A stretch of 63,684 bases of DNA, filler included, from Globobulimina sp. (Eukaryota): the NCBI GenBank assembly GCA_003354225.1. It is 29 parts of 29 records of this genome, joined end to end, with 100 filler letters (N's around TTAATTAATTAA, not from the genome) between each part and the next. Parts side by side here need not be neighbours in the genome. Positions count along the whole stretch, not along the records: positions 1 to 2,101 come from PIVH01008989.1; positions 2,202 to 4,302 come from PIVH01008990.1; positions 4,403 to 6,503 come from PIVH01008991.1; positions 6,604 to 8,703 come from PIVH01008992.1; positions 8,804 to 10,903 come from PIVH01008993.1; positions 11,004 to 13,103 come from PIVH01008994.1; 23 more parts are not named here. One strand, given 5' to 3'. The notes beneath the pieces were generated by a model. It was not told where the DNA came from and searched no databases. It saw only the letters and a list, made by a program, of their open reading frames with translations. Below, one piece after another: positions 1 through 11,063 of the stretch. The number at the start of each line of letters is the position of its first letter. The first letter of the stretch is position 1. The translations under genes and the position numbers were made by a program.

Positions 1-288
1 TTATTAAAGAATACAGGTGAATGCTCCTTACTTTTCATAAAAATATTTTGTATTTTTTTGTAATTTTTTAATTGAGTATTTTTGAATGTAAGTCTCATAT
101 TGATCCAGCAGTTGCATTGTAGTGACGCGTACGAATTAATTAAAAATGATGGTACATTAGTAATAAATGTTTGGTTGCGTTTTACCGTAAATAATACACT
201 ACTAAATATGGTATAGCACCAAACAAACAAAAACAAGATCAGAAAAAAATCTAATTGAATTCATTTAAATTATTGTTCCGTTTTATAA

Positions 289-822
289 TTAAAAGGAAAC
301 AGTGGTGATTTCTGTATGAAATTTTTTTAAATGTGCGGTACAGTTTGATTTCATAGTAAATGAGACATTACATTGATTCATAGGGCATTGATAAATTTTT
401 CTTTCTTTGGAATTTGCAGAATTTTTATGTTGAGTTTGTAAGTGTGTTTTTAATGAATTTTTCCATTTAAATGGTTTGTGACATTTCCTACAAAGGAACT
501 GCTTTTCAACTAAACCATTATTGACATGAATGTATTTAATGTGCTTTCTTAACGTTGCTGGATCACAGAATCTCTTCTCACAAAATGAACATTTCTCCAA
601 TTTATTATTACTATGTGTCCGATGATGGATTTTCAAATCATAATTTTTACCAAATAATTTGTTACAAATTGTACATTTAAATTTTCTCCTTTTCACAGTA
701 TATCTTCTCTCTTTTAATGCGATATGATTTAATGTATTTTGATGTGAATTTAATAACGATTTTGACGCAAAAATACCATAACAATTTCGATATCGACAGC
801 AAAAAACTGTTTTTTTGTACAT
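289..822 (-). CDS. C2H2 zinc-finger protein (4 fingers)
   Basis: Repeated CxxC-x12-HxxxH motifs, e.g. CTICNKLFGKNYDLKIHHRTH, CSFCEKRFCDPATLRKHIKYIH. Confidence 0.9.
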   Translation of the reverse strand: MYKKTVFCCRYRNCYGIFASKSLLNSHQNTLNHIALKERRYTVKRRKFKCTICNKLFGKNYDLKIHHRTHSNNKLEKCSFCEKRFCDPATLRKHIKYIHVNNGLVEKQFLCRKCHKPFKWKNSLKTHLQTQHKNSANSKERKIYQCPMNQCNVSFTMKSNCTAHLKKFHTEITTVSF

Positions 823-1218
823 GTTATTATGGGAAATTTCTTATAATTATGTGGTGAAAAAACATGTCACTTAACATGAAAAACGACAAGTTATACGATG
901 TTGTTCTATTTCATTGAGATTTTTATTGAGTTTGGCATTACAAATACATGTTGTTTTATTTTTGAAATTATGATTAATGTTATTATTGACATGTGTTTTA
1001 GGCCAAATGCCAATGGGTTCAACTCCGCCACGACCTGTTTGTGTTTGGCCCCCAATCGGGACACGACCTTAGAACGTGTTTATTTGTCGCTGTCCCGTAT
1101 AAATAATTTCTATGCGGATTCATCATGGCTGTTGAAGTGGATTGAAGTTTGTGATTATGAGACGAAGGTTAGTGAAGTTTTTTACTTTATTTTCTTACCT
1201 AATTATCATAATTGAGTC

Positions 1219-1640
1219 ATGGCACGCGCACATTATTCTGCAGATGAATTATTTGCAGTATGTGTGAAATGGTTGAATTTATTCGATTTAGCTCCAACTC
1301 CAATTAAAAATGTATTTGAATTATCAGATGGTGTGGTTATATTTAAATTATTATGCCAATTATCACCCACTTATTTTGATATAACATCGATAAATACATC
1401 GCCACACAATCGATATAGCAAAAATAGCAACATTATCGAACTCAAACAGTGTCTTGAACAATTTTTCAACGATGTACTGGACGAAGATATAGCCATTGAT
1501 AAGATGATCGATCATAATCAGATCACATCAAATGACTCATATGGCAATAATGACCATCTCCGAATGCAACATTATGTTCGCATGCTAGAAATGGTGCTAT
1601 TATGTGCTATTAAGTGCGAAAATAAAAAGCAAACTATCAA
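1219..1640 (+). CDS. Hook/CCDC88-type N-terminal calponin-homology domain, 3' truncated
   Basis: WLNLF...ELSDGVVIFKLLCQLSPTYF...MLEMVLLCAIKCENK resembles the Hook N-terminus; sequence then switches to unrelated DNA. Confidence 0.75.
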
Positions 1641-1689
1641 TCAAAGCTGACGATTATTTGATTACAATAGAATTTAGCGATCTGTCACA

Positions 1690-2101
1690 AATAAAAGATC
1701 CCAATATTTTAAGTTACAATATGCCCTCTTTTCTTGAGATTGAAGGTGTTATTAATAGGACAAAATTGGAGAATATTTTCTATCGCCTAATTCTTCGTCA
1801 TGAGAGTTTACGGACATCCTTCCACTTAATCAGTGGTTCTCCTGTGCAGCGTATTCATGACAGTTTCACATTTGCCTTAGAATACAACCGTATAGATATG
1901 GATTCTGGGGAAAATAAATTGCAAATAAATCAAATGGTGCAAGGTTTTGTTCGACCCTTCAATTTGGAAAAACCACCTTTAATTCGGGTCGGTTTACTTG
2001 AAATAACCGAACATCGCCATATATTTATGTTTGATATGCATCATATTATTACAGATGGAATTTCCCAGGAGATTTTTGTCAATGAGTTCTGGCAACTTTA
2101 T
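1690..2101 (+). CDS. Bacterial-type NRPS condensation domain fragment
   Basis: SYNMP, RHESLRTSF, RPFNLEKPPLIRVGL and catalytic DMHHIITDG (HHxxxDG); no start codon of its own. Confidence 0.9.
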
Positions 2102-2201
2102 NNNNNNNNNNNNNNNNNNNNNNNNNNNNNNNNNNNNNNNNNNNNTTAATTAATTAANNNNNNNNNNNNNNNNNNNNNNNNNNNNNNNNNNNNNNNNNNN
2201 N
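2102..2201. other. Artificial contig spacer (N-run + TTAATTAATTAA + N-run); first of 28 spaced about every 2.2 kb
   Basis: Identical linker with stops in all six frames recurs throughout; the intervening contigs are about 2101 to 2098 bp in decreasing order. Confidence 0.98.
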
Positions 2202-2326
2202 CCTAGGTCCTAGGTATCAATTCCAATTACGTAATACTAGAACATTCCCCAATCACAGCAAAGTAAGCATGAGGACAGCAATCAATTTCCGTGCTATGGA
2301 AGAGACATTGAAAGATTTGCTATATA

Positions 2327-2590
2327 GAGTGATTTCAATTAACCCATAAGGTCTACGTGATTTTTGTACATATAACAATTACCATCATTCAACGATTTTT
2401 TCGCTAAATGACCATCATTCAACGATTTTTTCGTTGAATGACCATCATCCATGTTTCTTATTGAATGATATTAAATCATTATTAAATTATTATTAAATCA
2501 TATTGAATTATTATTAAATTATTAGAAAATCGTTGAATGACCATCATCGTTTAAAAAAAACTAGACCTTATGAGTTAATTGAAATCACTC
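2327..2590. mobile_element. MITE (264 bp) with 29-bp TIRs and 8-bp TSD GCTATATA
   Basis: TIR GAGTGATTTCAATTAAC(C/T)CATAAGGTCTA at 2327-2355 and inverted at 2562-2590; GCTATATA at 2319-2326 and 2591-2598. Confidence 0.85.
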
Positions 2591-2601
2591 GCTATATACA
2601 T

Positions 2602-2670
2602 TAGACATTTTTGCTTTATCGTAAAAATCTGTTTACAAAATAGATTTTTACGATAAAGCAAAAATGCCTA
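2602..2670. repeat. Near-perfect palindrome, 29-bp arms with 11-nt loop
   Basis: TAGACATTTTTGCTTTATCGTAAAAATCT / AGATTTTTACGATAAAGCAAAAATGCCTA, one mismatch. Confidence 0.9.
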
Positions 2671-2738
2671 TTCCTTCTCAGCAAATATTGATTTAAAGTT
2701 TTTTCTTAAAATCTCTTAGTTAGTAAAGTCATTTAGCA

Positions 2739-3317
2739 ATGCGAATAATGGCTACGTTTTTGATGTTGATCGCAAATTTGTTGTGTTTGCCAACAACAAA
2801 AGCAGTGACGGAAATCACCAATGTATGGACTGATGATTTCATATTTTCAATATCTGAATGGCTCGGCCACAATGTACAAATAAATAATACATATCATGGT
2901 GTATATTTTGGCGATACATATTATCTGAGACGATATTTTTCGTGTTTTCAGAATTCCCATATATTGATTCACTACAAATTCCTTCAATGTACTGCTGAAT
3001 ATGACGACGATGATGCACATATTTCTTTATTTTTAAATGATACTTTATTTGATACCACCTTCGCATACATGGCGAACATACCATTTACAGCCAATAAACT
3101 AAGCACTCATTGTTCAAATTGGAAAGAAACAACAATCGAAATTGGAGATGGGTCCATACAATTTATAGTATACAAAAACGCAACATTCGAAGTGAAATTT
3201 ATGATTCAATCCAATAATGAAACTGGTTTATTATTATACGATGTACAAATTGAATGTAAACCGTTGCTAACAATTTCTCATTCTTCTCCAAGTTTGTACA
3301 CAGTGTGTTTCTTATAA
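2739..3317 (+). CDS. Secreted protein of unknown function (probably continues after an intron)
   Basis: Signal-peptide-like N-terminus MRIMATFLMLIANLLCLPTTKA; 192-aa ORF. Confidence 0.55.
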   Translation: MRIMATFLMLIANLLCLPTTKAVTEITNVWTDDFIFSISEWLGHNVQINNTYHGVYFGDTYYLRRYFSCFQNSHILIHYKFLQCTAEYDDDDAHISLFLNDTLFDTTFAYMANIPFTANKLSTHCSNWKETTIEIGDGSIQFIVYKNATFEVKFMIQSNNETGLLLYDVQIECKPLLTISHSSPSLYTVCFL

Positions 3318-3488
3318 TTTGTTTATTTGTATATTATCAACGATTTGCAACATATTTACTTATGTATACAGCTTCGGATCCAGTTGAAAACGTATTTGCT
3401 GTGTTGAATGTAACAGGTTTGTACATATTTAATTTAATTTAATTGTCAGCACAAACACAATGCACATTCAGTTGCAATTATTACGATA

Positions 3489-4109
3489 TTGGTGCTCGTG
3501 TTTTGTTTTGTGTATATACCATGTTTATGTTTATTGGATCTGACTCACCAAATCCATTCAAAATTAAATGTGTCCAATGTATTAAGCCCAGAAAGTCCAC
3601 CATCAAAATCAGGAACGAGTTGTAACACCATTTCCAACTACAAAACTTCGCCAATTTACACGTCTCCAAATAGCCGAACACCAGAAGTCATCATCGAGGA
3701 CGACACAATGATGCCAGCTCCAAATAGCATAAACCGGTACAATGTACCAATAAGATACCAAAATAACGCAATAACTCAGCAATACTATCAAGCGTCAAAC
3801 AGTCAAATAATTGGACAGTGTTCGGTTTGCAGGAATGCTCAATTTCCGTCGACATTGCCTGTGAACCCATTGTATCGATATAGATTAACATCAAATTATC
3901 CAAATAGTAATATGAGTTTACCCAAATTGCAGAGAGCAGCACATCTACAATTCCAACAAGTACATAGCGGCCATATCCCCAAAGCAGTGAGTGAGTGCAC
4001 AACAAGCAGTGGCGGTTCGTGTAGTACTTATGATACAGCAACGGAAGGATCTGTCGATATGAATGAATTAATGGATATGGATGACTCTGAAATGAGTGTA
4101 CGATTATAA
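3489..4109 (+). CDS. Low-complexity S/P/N-rich C-terminal region, possibly the cytoplasmic tail of the upstream gene
   Basis: 206-aa ORF with a hydrophobic start followed by a disordered tail. Confidence 0.4.
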   Translation: MVLVFCFVYIPCLCLLDLTHQIHSKLNVSNVLSPESPPSKSGTSCNTISNYKTSPIYTSPNSRTPEVIIEDDTMMPAPNSINRYNVPIRYQNNAITQQYYQASNSQIIGQCSVCRNAQFPSTLPVNPLYRYRLTSNYPNSNMSLPKLQRAAHLQFQQVHSGHIPKAVSECTTSSGGSCSTYDTATEGSVDMNELMDMDDSEMSVRL

Positions 4110-4790
4110 ATTATTATAAGCTTTGTGATAATATTTGTATTTATTTTTAGTGTTTCTTTTATTTTCGTATTTTGTATCAATGTACGTATTTTTCTTTCAT
4201 TTAATTATTTAAAAACTTTGCATTTAGCCCATGCACCTCCTAAACAACAACTTATTTACGCAATATCTGTTATATTATATGAACACAAACATACACTCTG
4301 AANNNNNNNNNNNNNNNNNNNNNNNNNNNNNNNNNNNNNNNNNNNNTTAATTAATTAANNNNNNNNNNNNNNNNNNNNNNNNNNNNNNNNNNNNNNNNNN
4401 NNTATCAATCATAGGAATTGATTTTTGTTTTGTGTTGTTTGGGTATTATACGTGAAATTAATTTAATAAGATTTGTCTCTTTTAGTAATGTAGCAAGTGT
4501 AACGCTAATGAATGTAAGGCAGGCACCATATCATAATGAAAGGAATGCGTTAAGTCCGAGGTTCAGATTCTTAGTGTTTGTTAAGAAGTTGAGAGGTTAA
4601 GAATAACTGCTTCAATGGAACTTTCAACTCGAACAGAAAGTTCCAGAAACACATACATATTACAGATAAAAAATGGTAATAAACAAAAGAAACGACATAC
4701 AGAAAGTTCGAGACTTAAATGCATTCCTTTCAATCACGGTAATTATATTGCACTTTGGGAGGTGTATACTAAGTAATGTAACCATATGCA

Positions 4791-5975
4791 TCACAATACG
4801 GATAGTTGTGAAAGTGCACGATGTGTTGTCTTTGTAACCTCACTTTGTGGTTCATATTTCAATGCAACCAGCTCCTCTCCAGAGAAAAATGCACTTCTTG
4901 TTTCAAACAGAGTATCTTCCAATTTTGCTTTACCAACAACGCTCGTTTTGGCTGATTCAATTATTGTCACTTCATAGCTTTTTTTCTTACTCAATACATC
5001 AACATCCACATTTTCTTTTTTTTCTTTTTTTTTCTTTTTTTTCTCCTTCTGTTTGTTTACAATCTTATTCTGAATGTTTGCATTTTCATTCTTTTTTTCA
5101 TAATCAAATATTGCGACACATTTAATCAATCCAATGCATAAATTTTCATATAATATTGAATAATAAGGGGTCATCAACATAACACAACATATATTAATTG
5201 GAATATCAATTAAAAATGCAATGTATGTTTGACTGAGCATTGAAATAATATGCGCGAATATGGTGGTTATGGTACAAACGCCGGTCAAGATTGATATTTT
5301 GATCACGGGATATTTCAAATCTCGCCCGTTGTAATGCGTTGATATTCCAAACTCTTCTTTCAATGACCTCATTATCCTAATTAAGGGAGAAATATATGCA
5401 ACCAACAAAATAATTGTATTAAGTGCATCCATCAACAGACTACAAAGCAGAAAGATGTTTGAAAGTGTTTTCTTACAAATTACTATATTCGGATTATTGA
5501 ATTCATATTTTTCATATGATATTTGCAGATAGCCATAGACGGACAAAGCAACATAACTGAGTATGAGTAAAATACCATATATTGCCAACCTTATTTCATT
5601 GCTGCGATAAACATAATATAGCCTCATTATAAAGCCTTGATAAATACAGCATTTTGCAAATTGATAGAAGACCGGTGTCAACGCATCGAACTGCAGAATA
5701 CAGGAAAAGTGATTAATTGTTGCGATAAATATTGAAATAGTAAATCCTGTCATTGAGGATAATGTTAAAATGGACATTATTTTATAAAATAAGGATCTTT
5801 TCTTTTTGGGTTTGTTAATATTTGTTTTTTTGTGATTTGAGTTAGCTATTTCGCGTGAACAATACATATAGAAGTGGCAAATTAATAGTATTATACACGT
5901 AATGTTTCCGATAGAGGCAACCGTTATCCATACAATCAACAGATGATCCGAAGTCTCTGCAAAAGATTTTGTCAT
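4791..5975 (-). CDS. Seven-transmembrane (GPCR-like) protein
   Basis: About 7 hydrophobic segments followed by a Lys-rich cytoplasmic tail; intronless 394 aa. Confidence 0.65.
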   Translation of the reverse strand: MTKSFAETSDHLLIVWITVASIGNITCIILLICHFYMYCSREIANSNHKKTNINKPKKKRSLFYKIMSILTLSSMTGFTISIFIATINHFSCILQFDALTPVFYQFAKCCIYQGFIMRLYYVYRSNEIRLAIYGILLILSYVALSVYGYLQISYEKYEFNNPNIVICKKTLSNIFLLCSLLMDALNTIILLVAYISPLIRIMRSLKEEFGISTHYNGRDLKYPVIKISILTGVCTITTIFAHIISMLSQTYIAFLIDIPINICCVMLMTPYYSILYENLCIGLIKCVAIFDYEKKNENANIQNKIVNKQKEKKKKKKEKKENVDVDVLSKKKSYEVTIIESAKTSVVGKAKLEDTLFETRSAFFSGEELVALKYEPQSEVTKTTHRALSQLSVL

Positions 5976-6048
5976 GTTTCATTTATGTTTTTAGCGAAGT
6001 AAGAGAACTTTAAGTCACACAAGTTCATCAACAGTATATTCCTGCAAA

Positions 6049-6503
6049 ATGAGCGTATTATCAACATTCTGTGTATTAGTGGTGGTCATTAGCGTGTTGA
6101 TTGGTGTACTAAATTATTCACCGGATGAAGCTACGCTATATCGCAAAATGATTGAATTTTCATTTTCCAAAACATTTGAATACGGATGTTTTTGTATATA
6201 CAATAAATTGGATGAAACCCAATTAAAACTTGGAAATTCATGTTCTTCGGTTTGCTCAGCGCAAATAATTATAAACGATAACAGATTTTATAAAAAATTA
6301 GTTTTAGAAGGTTTGTTACTCATAAATGTGATAAAATAAATGCATACATATATAATATTAATAATAAAAAAGGTGCTGTTGGTTTAGGTGAATCATACAC
6401 GTCAAATTATTTTACTTATGATGATACAAAATATGATTAGGCGATATTTTAACTGAATTAACAATTGGTGTCACAAACGGAGAGAAATCTGTTTTTGATT
6501 ACA
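6049..6503 (+). CDS. Cyclopropane-fatty-acyl-phospholipid synthase-like methyltransferase, 5' part (intron 6311-6372; apparent frameshift near 6437)
   Basis: Splicing gives IIINDNRFYKKLVLEGAVGLGESY, matching the CFA synthase N-terminal GxxGLGESY motif. Confidence 0.6.
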
Positions 6504-6731
6504 NNNNNNNNNNNNNNNNNNNNNNNNNNNNNNNNNNNNNNNNNNNNTTAATTAATTAANNNNNNNNNNNNNNNNNNNNNNNNNNNNNNNNNNNNNNNNN
6601 NNNAAATATATTAGCTGTACAGGGTTAACTCCTATAAGACGCAGAATCATATATTCAGATATGATTTATGAAATAAAGGGGATCTCGTCCGAGATAATGA
6701 ATTATGTATGACTATGAAAAATAATTAAGAA

Positions 6732-8531
6732 TTATGTATGACTATTAACCACAGTAATTGTTGTACTATTCGAAAACAAACCAGCTCCACTTTTTGTTGA
6801 AGTGGATGATAATACGTCGTCGACCGTTATACTATTCGCTAATCGCCTGATTGTTTTGGACTGCCTGTGTCCTGCATCAACGAAAACAAATCCATCAACA
6901 ACGCTGTTATCCGCTCCCATCATAATCTCATTACAATACGTATTTGCCTTTATTTTACATGATAAGTACGTTGGATATTTAGCAAAATTTCTCTGTGAGC
7001 GCATTGTTTCAGTTGCATTAAATCCGCCATACATTCTAATATTTTCCTCCATAATGAACGATCTGTGTTGTGCTGCGACTTTCCCCTTTTTAGCTTTCCA
7101 AAGCGGAATATCAGTCGGCGTATATGTACCTCGCTTGACCCAAATTTCGCCACCACCCACTAATGACAAAAAATCTATACATTCTTGAATTGTAAAAAAT
7201 GCGTAAGTCCATGATGTTCCATCTGTATACGCACTTGCTTTATTACCAATGTCCACAAAACAGATTGTGTCATTGTTGCCATGTGTGTTCGGACGAACAT
7301 CTGTTATGGATCGGATTGTGTTATATGTGTTGTATAGACGATGCAATCTTTCTGTCACATTAAACTGTGACAATGACTGATTAATTGTGCCAGAATCATA
7401 ACTAAACTCAGGTTCAATATAAATATCAGTAGTTATAGATTGATTACTAACTAATTCAGAGTTGATTAAAGCAATGTCGTTACCAAATTGATCAGCATTA
7501 TTATTGTTAAATGTATTATTAATAAATGTGCCAACCACTCCATTGAACAAACATACGGCTCCACCATATATTTTAGCGACGTTATTCTCCATTCTCGAGG
7601 ATGTTAATCTTGGAAACGTTCCGGAAGTTTGACTGTTCCTATCCTCTGCAAATAAGGCACCGCCATATCCGTTGGCCCTATTTCCATCAAATACACACTC
7701 AAAACATTCTAATATTCCGCCATAATCTTGATACAACGCACCGCCTTTTGATTCAGCGAAGTTATTAATGAAAAGTGTATTATGTATCGTAAGATCCGCT
7801 AATTGATAAAAATATATAGCTCCACCATATCCACCTTCATGTTTACCATAAAAAGCTTGGTTGTGTTTGAAATGGGAGTTATTGATGGTTACAGTGACCT
7901 GGTTATTAGTATTGCTGGTAAACCACAAGGCTCCTCCATTAATGGCTGTGTTGTTGCTAAATGTTACATCATTTATATATAATTCTGTGCTAGCTTTGCT
8001 GCTCAATGTTATTAATGCTGCACCATATTTATGGATCATGTTTGTTTGCTTTATCGAATACCCATTACTTATATCATACTGATCATCATTATAATTAGCG
8101 AGACCGTGGCTAATTGTAACTCTGTCTAACGTTAAGATTTGAGAATATGTAATAACATGATAACAATTGTCCGCATGATCACCCCTTATATTGATATCTC
8201 CTGAGATTATTGATGGATGTGTAGCAATTTGATTCGGCCTTTCGTCTTTGGACATTTCATCACCGACAAATCCGCCATAGATTTTGATAGCAACATTTGT
8301 CTGAAAACAATCCGATCTATCGGTGACTGAGGGGTAATACGTCTCGTCTCCTTTTAACCATATTTCATCGTTTGCTTCTTCAGCAATACCTAATGCAACC
8401 TCTAAATCCGTAAATGATTCATTCCAACTTCTTCCATTCCCAGACACATCTAAATTTGATGGGTTTACATAATAAGTTGTGCATTGTACAGTAGATGCTA
8501 ATAACAACAGCGTCGCTGAAATAATTTGCAT
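6732..8531 (-). CDS. Secreted pectin-lyase-fold beta-helix protein with Pmp-like repeats, 3' partial
   Basis: Signal peptide; GGA(L/I/V) and FxxN repeats; two copies of a YV...GxSW..AF..(L/I)..A/C...EIW(L/V)K..TY.P module. Confidence 0.8.
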   Translation of the reverse strand: MQIISATLLLLASTVQCTTYYVNPSNLDVSGNGRSWNESFTDLEVALGIAEEANDEIWLKGDETYYPSVTDRSDCFQTNVAIKIYGGFVGDEMSKDERPNQIATHPSIISGDINIRGDHADNCYHVITYSQILTLDRVTISHGLANYNDDQYDISNGYSIKQTNMIHKYGAALITLSSKASTELYINDVTFSNNTAINGGALWFTSNTNNQVTVTINNSHFKHNQAFYGKHEGGYGGAIYFYQLADLTIHNTLFINNFAESKGGALYQDYGGILECFECVFDGNRANGYGGALFAEDRNSQTSGTFPRLTSSRMENNVAKIYGGAVCLFNGVVGTFINNTFNNNNADQFGNDIALINSELVSNQSITTDIYIEPEFSYDSGTINQSLSQFNVTERLHRLYNTYNTIRSITDVRPNTHGNNDTICFVDIGNKASAYTDGTSWTYAFFTIQECIDFLSLVGGGEIWVKRGTYTPTDIPLWKAKKGKVAAQHRSFIMEENIRMYGGFNATETMRSQRNFAKYPTYLSCKIKANTYCNEIMMGADNSVVDGFVFVDAGHRQSKTIRRLANSITVDDVLSSTSTKSGAGLFSNSTTITVVNSHT

Positions 8532-9140
8532 TGTGGACGAAGAACACGTATCTTTAGATAATATGTGGAGAAAGGAAGAAAGGAAGGAAGAAGATTAAAG
8601 ATTGATAGAAAACAAACTCAAGTCGACTCTGTTGATCATGCATCGCATCAAACACACAGCAAACCATTTGTCCGCAATCACAAATAACAATTTAAACAGT
8701 AAANNNNNNNNNNNNNNNNNNNNNNNNNNNNNNNNNNNNNNNNNNNNTTAATTAATTAANNNNNNNNNNNNNNNNNNNNNNNNNNNNNNNNNNNNNNNNN
8801 NNNTTGAAGGAGAACTGCAAAATCGTATCAAGACCATCGACGCGACTGAACGTGATGTATACTGTATATTTGGTAACATTAATTTGCATCAAGTCACTCA
8901 AATCAAGGGCACTAAGGATCGATCTGTGTTTGTCATGACTTATGGGAAAACACCTCAGTTCCTGCATACATCCAATGTACACGACCTTAACCAATGGAAT
9001 ATACAATCTGACAAAGATGAATTATGAAAAACAATACACATTTATGTAATTTTAAGCTCAAGCAAAAAAAAACTTTTTTAAATCTTAAAGCTTTAAATAA
9101 TGGAACCTTGAAAGGACTTGAATGTTTTAACCGTGTTTTG

Positions 9141-10132
9141 TTAATATTCTTGAGACATTGTATAATGTGCTTGATTCTGTGAATAATCATCACCAACTTG
9201 TTGCTGCGCGTAGGTCTGAGCCTGCGAGGTATAATCGTGTGCATCATCGCTGTCCTCCTCATCCGCCTGGTTTTGAACCACATTGTTCTGAGCATAATTA
9301 TTAGCTATTTCCGCATTGTTGTTTTCCTCGAAATAATCTTCCTCCTCATCCTCATCCTCATCCACATCCACATTGCGTTGCAATAAGCGTCTCGGCCCAT
9401 TATCCTCTTCATTCGCATCGTGATCATTATCATTGTGGCTATCATTGTGGCTATCATTACGGTTATGATTATTCGATAATTGTTGCTCATCTCCCGATGA
9501 TTCTATCTCATCCAAAAAATTACGATTATTACTATTGTTATGGTTATTCCGTTGATAATTTGCATCCTCCTCATCCTCGTCGTCGTTATAATGTCTATTC
9601 TCACTCTGTTGGTCTACATTCTCATTCTCACTGTCATTGTCCACATCGTTTGCATTTACAGCTTCGCTTTGGGCTTCGTTCACTTTTTGGCACTCATCAA
9701 TCCAATCGGAATATACATCCACTGGCTCGGATAAATCTGTTCATTTCAATGCATTTGTCTTCAGTTTCAAACTGAAAAGCAAATAGAAAAGTAATTTGAA
9801 ACTGAAAATAGGAAAACAGTTTGAAACTGATTTCTTTTTTTTAAGTGCAAGGATATTTATTATAGTTTGTAAACAGTACATACGGTGTATTATTGTCTGA
9901 AAAGATACGGTGCAAATCCTACAATTGATCGTGCCAATATTCTTCCGTTTATCTCTATATTTTATGTTATTTATTTTTATCTGTATTTGTTTTGTGTTTT
10001 TTAATTGCAATGTAAATCATACAGTTTGCATTCAACAGTTTTCGAGTGATTACAAAACGGACAATCAAATATTTTCGACACTGTCGGCGCCTTCATTTTA
10101 AGAACCCTTTTCTTTGATTTCCGTCGACCCAT
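9141..10132 (-). CDS. ELF1: Transcription elongation factor Elf1 with long acidic/Asn-rich C-terminal tail (3 exons)
   Basis: Spliced product MGRRKSKKR...FDCPFCNHSKTVECKLDKRKNIGTINCRIC...HLSEPVDVYSDWIDEC; two GT-AG introns. Confidence 0.9.
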
Positions 10133-10281
10133 TATTTCAATACTAAATAAAAAATAGCGAAGTAACAAAATTGTTTTTTAGCATAAATCACAAAAATCCT
10201 ATTTGCACCTTTTGCAATCCCACTGCCACAACAACAAAAAAATCATAACCAAATCCAATCTAAAAACGCAACCAACCAAAC

Positions 10282-10890
10282 ATGGTCAACAACACCTACG
10301 TGTTAATGGAGTCAGCTTTGGGCTTCTCCCTATTCCGCGTGGTGGAAGCCGAGGAGATCTCGATTAAAGCACTCAGCAAATCGCTCGAAAAATTCAGCAC
10401 GTTCAAAAACATGATCAAATTGGAGTCCTTCCAGCCTTTCACCGACCAGCAGCAAGCCTTGATTTCCATGAACAAGATCTCCGAAGGCCTCTTAGGTGAC
10501 AACTTATTGCTATTCCTCAAGACGTCGATTCCCTCGCTCTCCTCAAAAACGTCAAAGCTCCGAAAATCGGGCGATACCATTTGTTTAGGCGTCTCCGACG
10601 CGAATCTAGGCAATGCCATCTTGGATCAATTTGGAAAATTCAAGAAAAAGCAGTTGTTCTCGTGCCGCTGCGACGACATCGTGCTGGAGATCGTGCGTGG
10701 ATGCCGCGAGTATTTGGGCCGATTCATCGCGGCCACGGCGGACAACTTCAACGCGTCCAACATCGAGCATTCGTACATCGCGTTGGGGCACAGCTATTCG
10801 CGCGCAAAGATCAAGTTTAATGTGAACCGCGTGGACAATATGATAATTCAAGCCATTTGCATGTTGGATCAGATCGATAAGGACATCAAT
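10282..10890 (+). CDS. NOP56: Nucleolar protein 56 (box C/D snoRNP), 5' partial
   Basis: YVLMESALGFSLF N-terminus; LGHSYSRAKIKFNVNRVDNMIIQAI motif. Confidence 0.93.
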
Positions 10891-11063
10891 CTAAAACAGC
10901 TAANNNNNNNNNNNNNNNNNNNNNNNNNNNNNNNNNNNNNNNNNNNNTTAATTAATTAANNNNNNNNNNNNNNNNNNNNNNNNNNNNNNNNNNNNNNNNN
11001 NNNTATCATATAAAACGCTGTTCGCATGCTGAAGCGCCCCCAGCTGACGCACCGAAGGTGCGT

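Noticed and set aside
2102-2201. TTAATTAATTAA recurring every ~2.2 kb as a biological repeat or telomere-like end
   Set aside because: Embedded in fixed-length N runs; it is a six-frame stop linker added during concatenation
10581-10851. Alternative-frame ORFs overlapping NOP56
   Set aside because: Explained by the higher GC codon usage of NOP56
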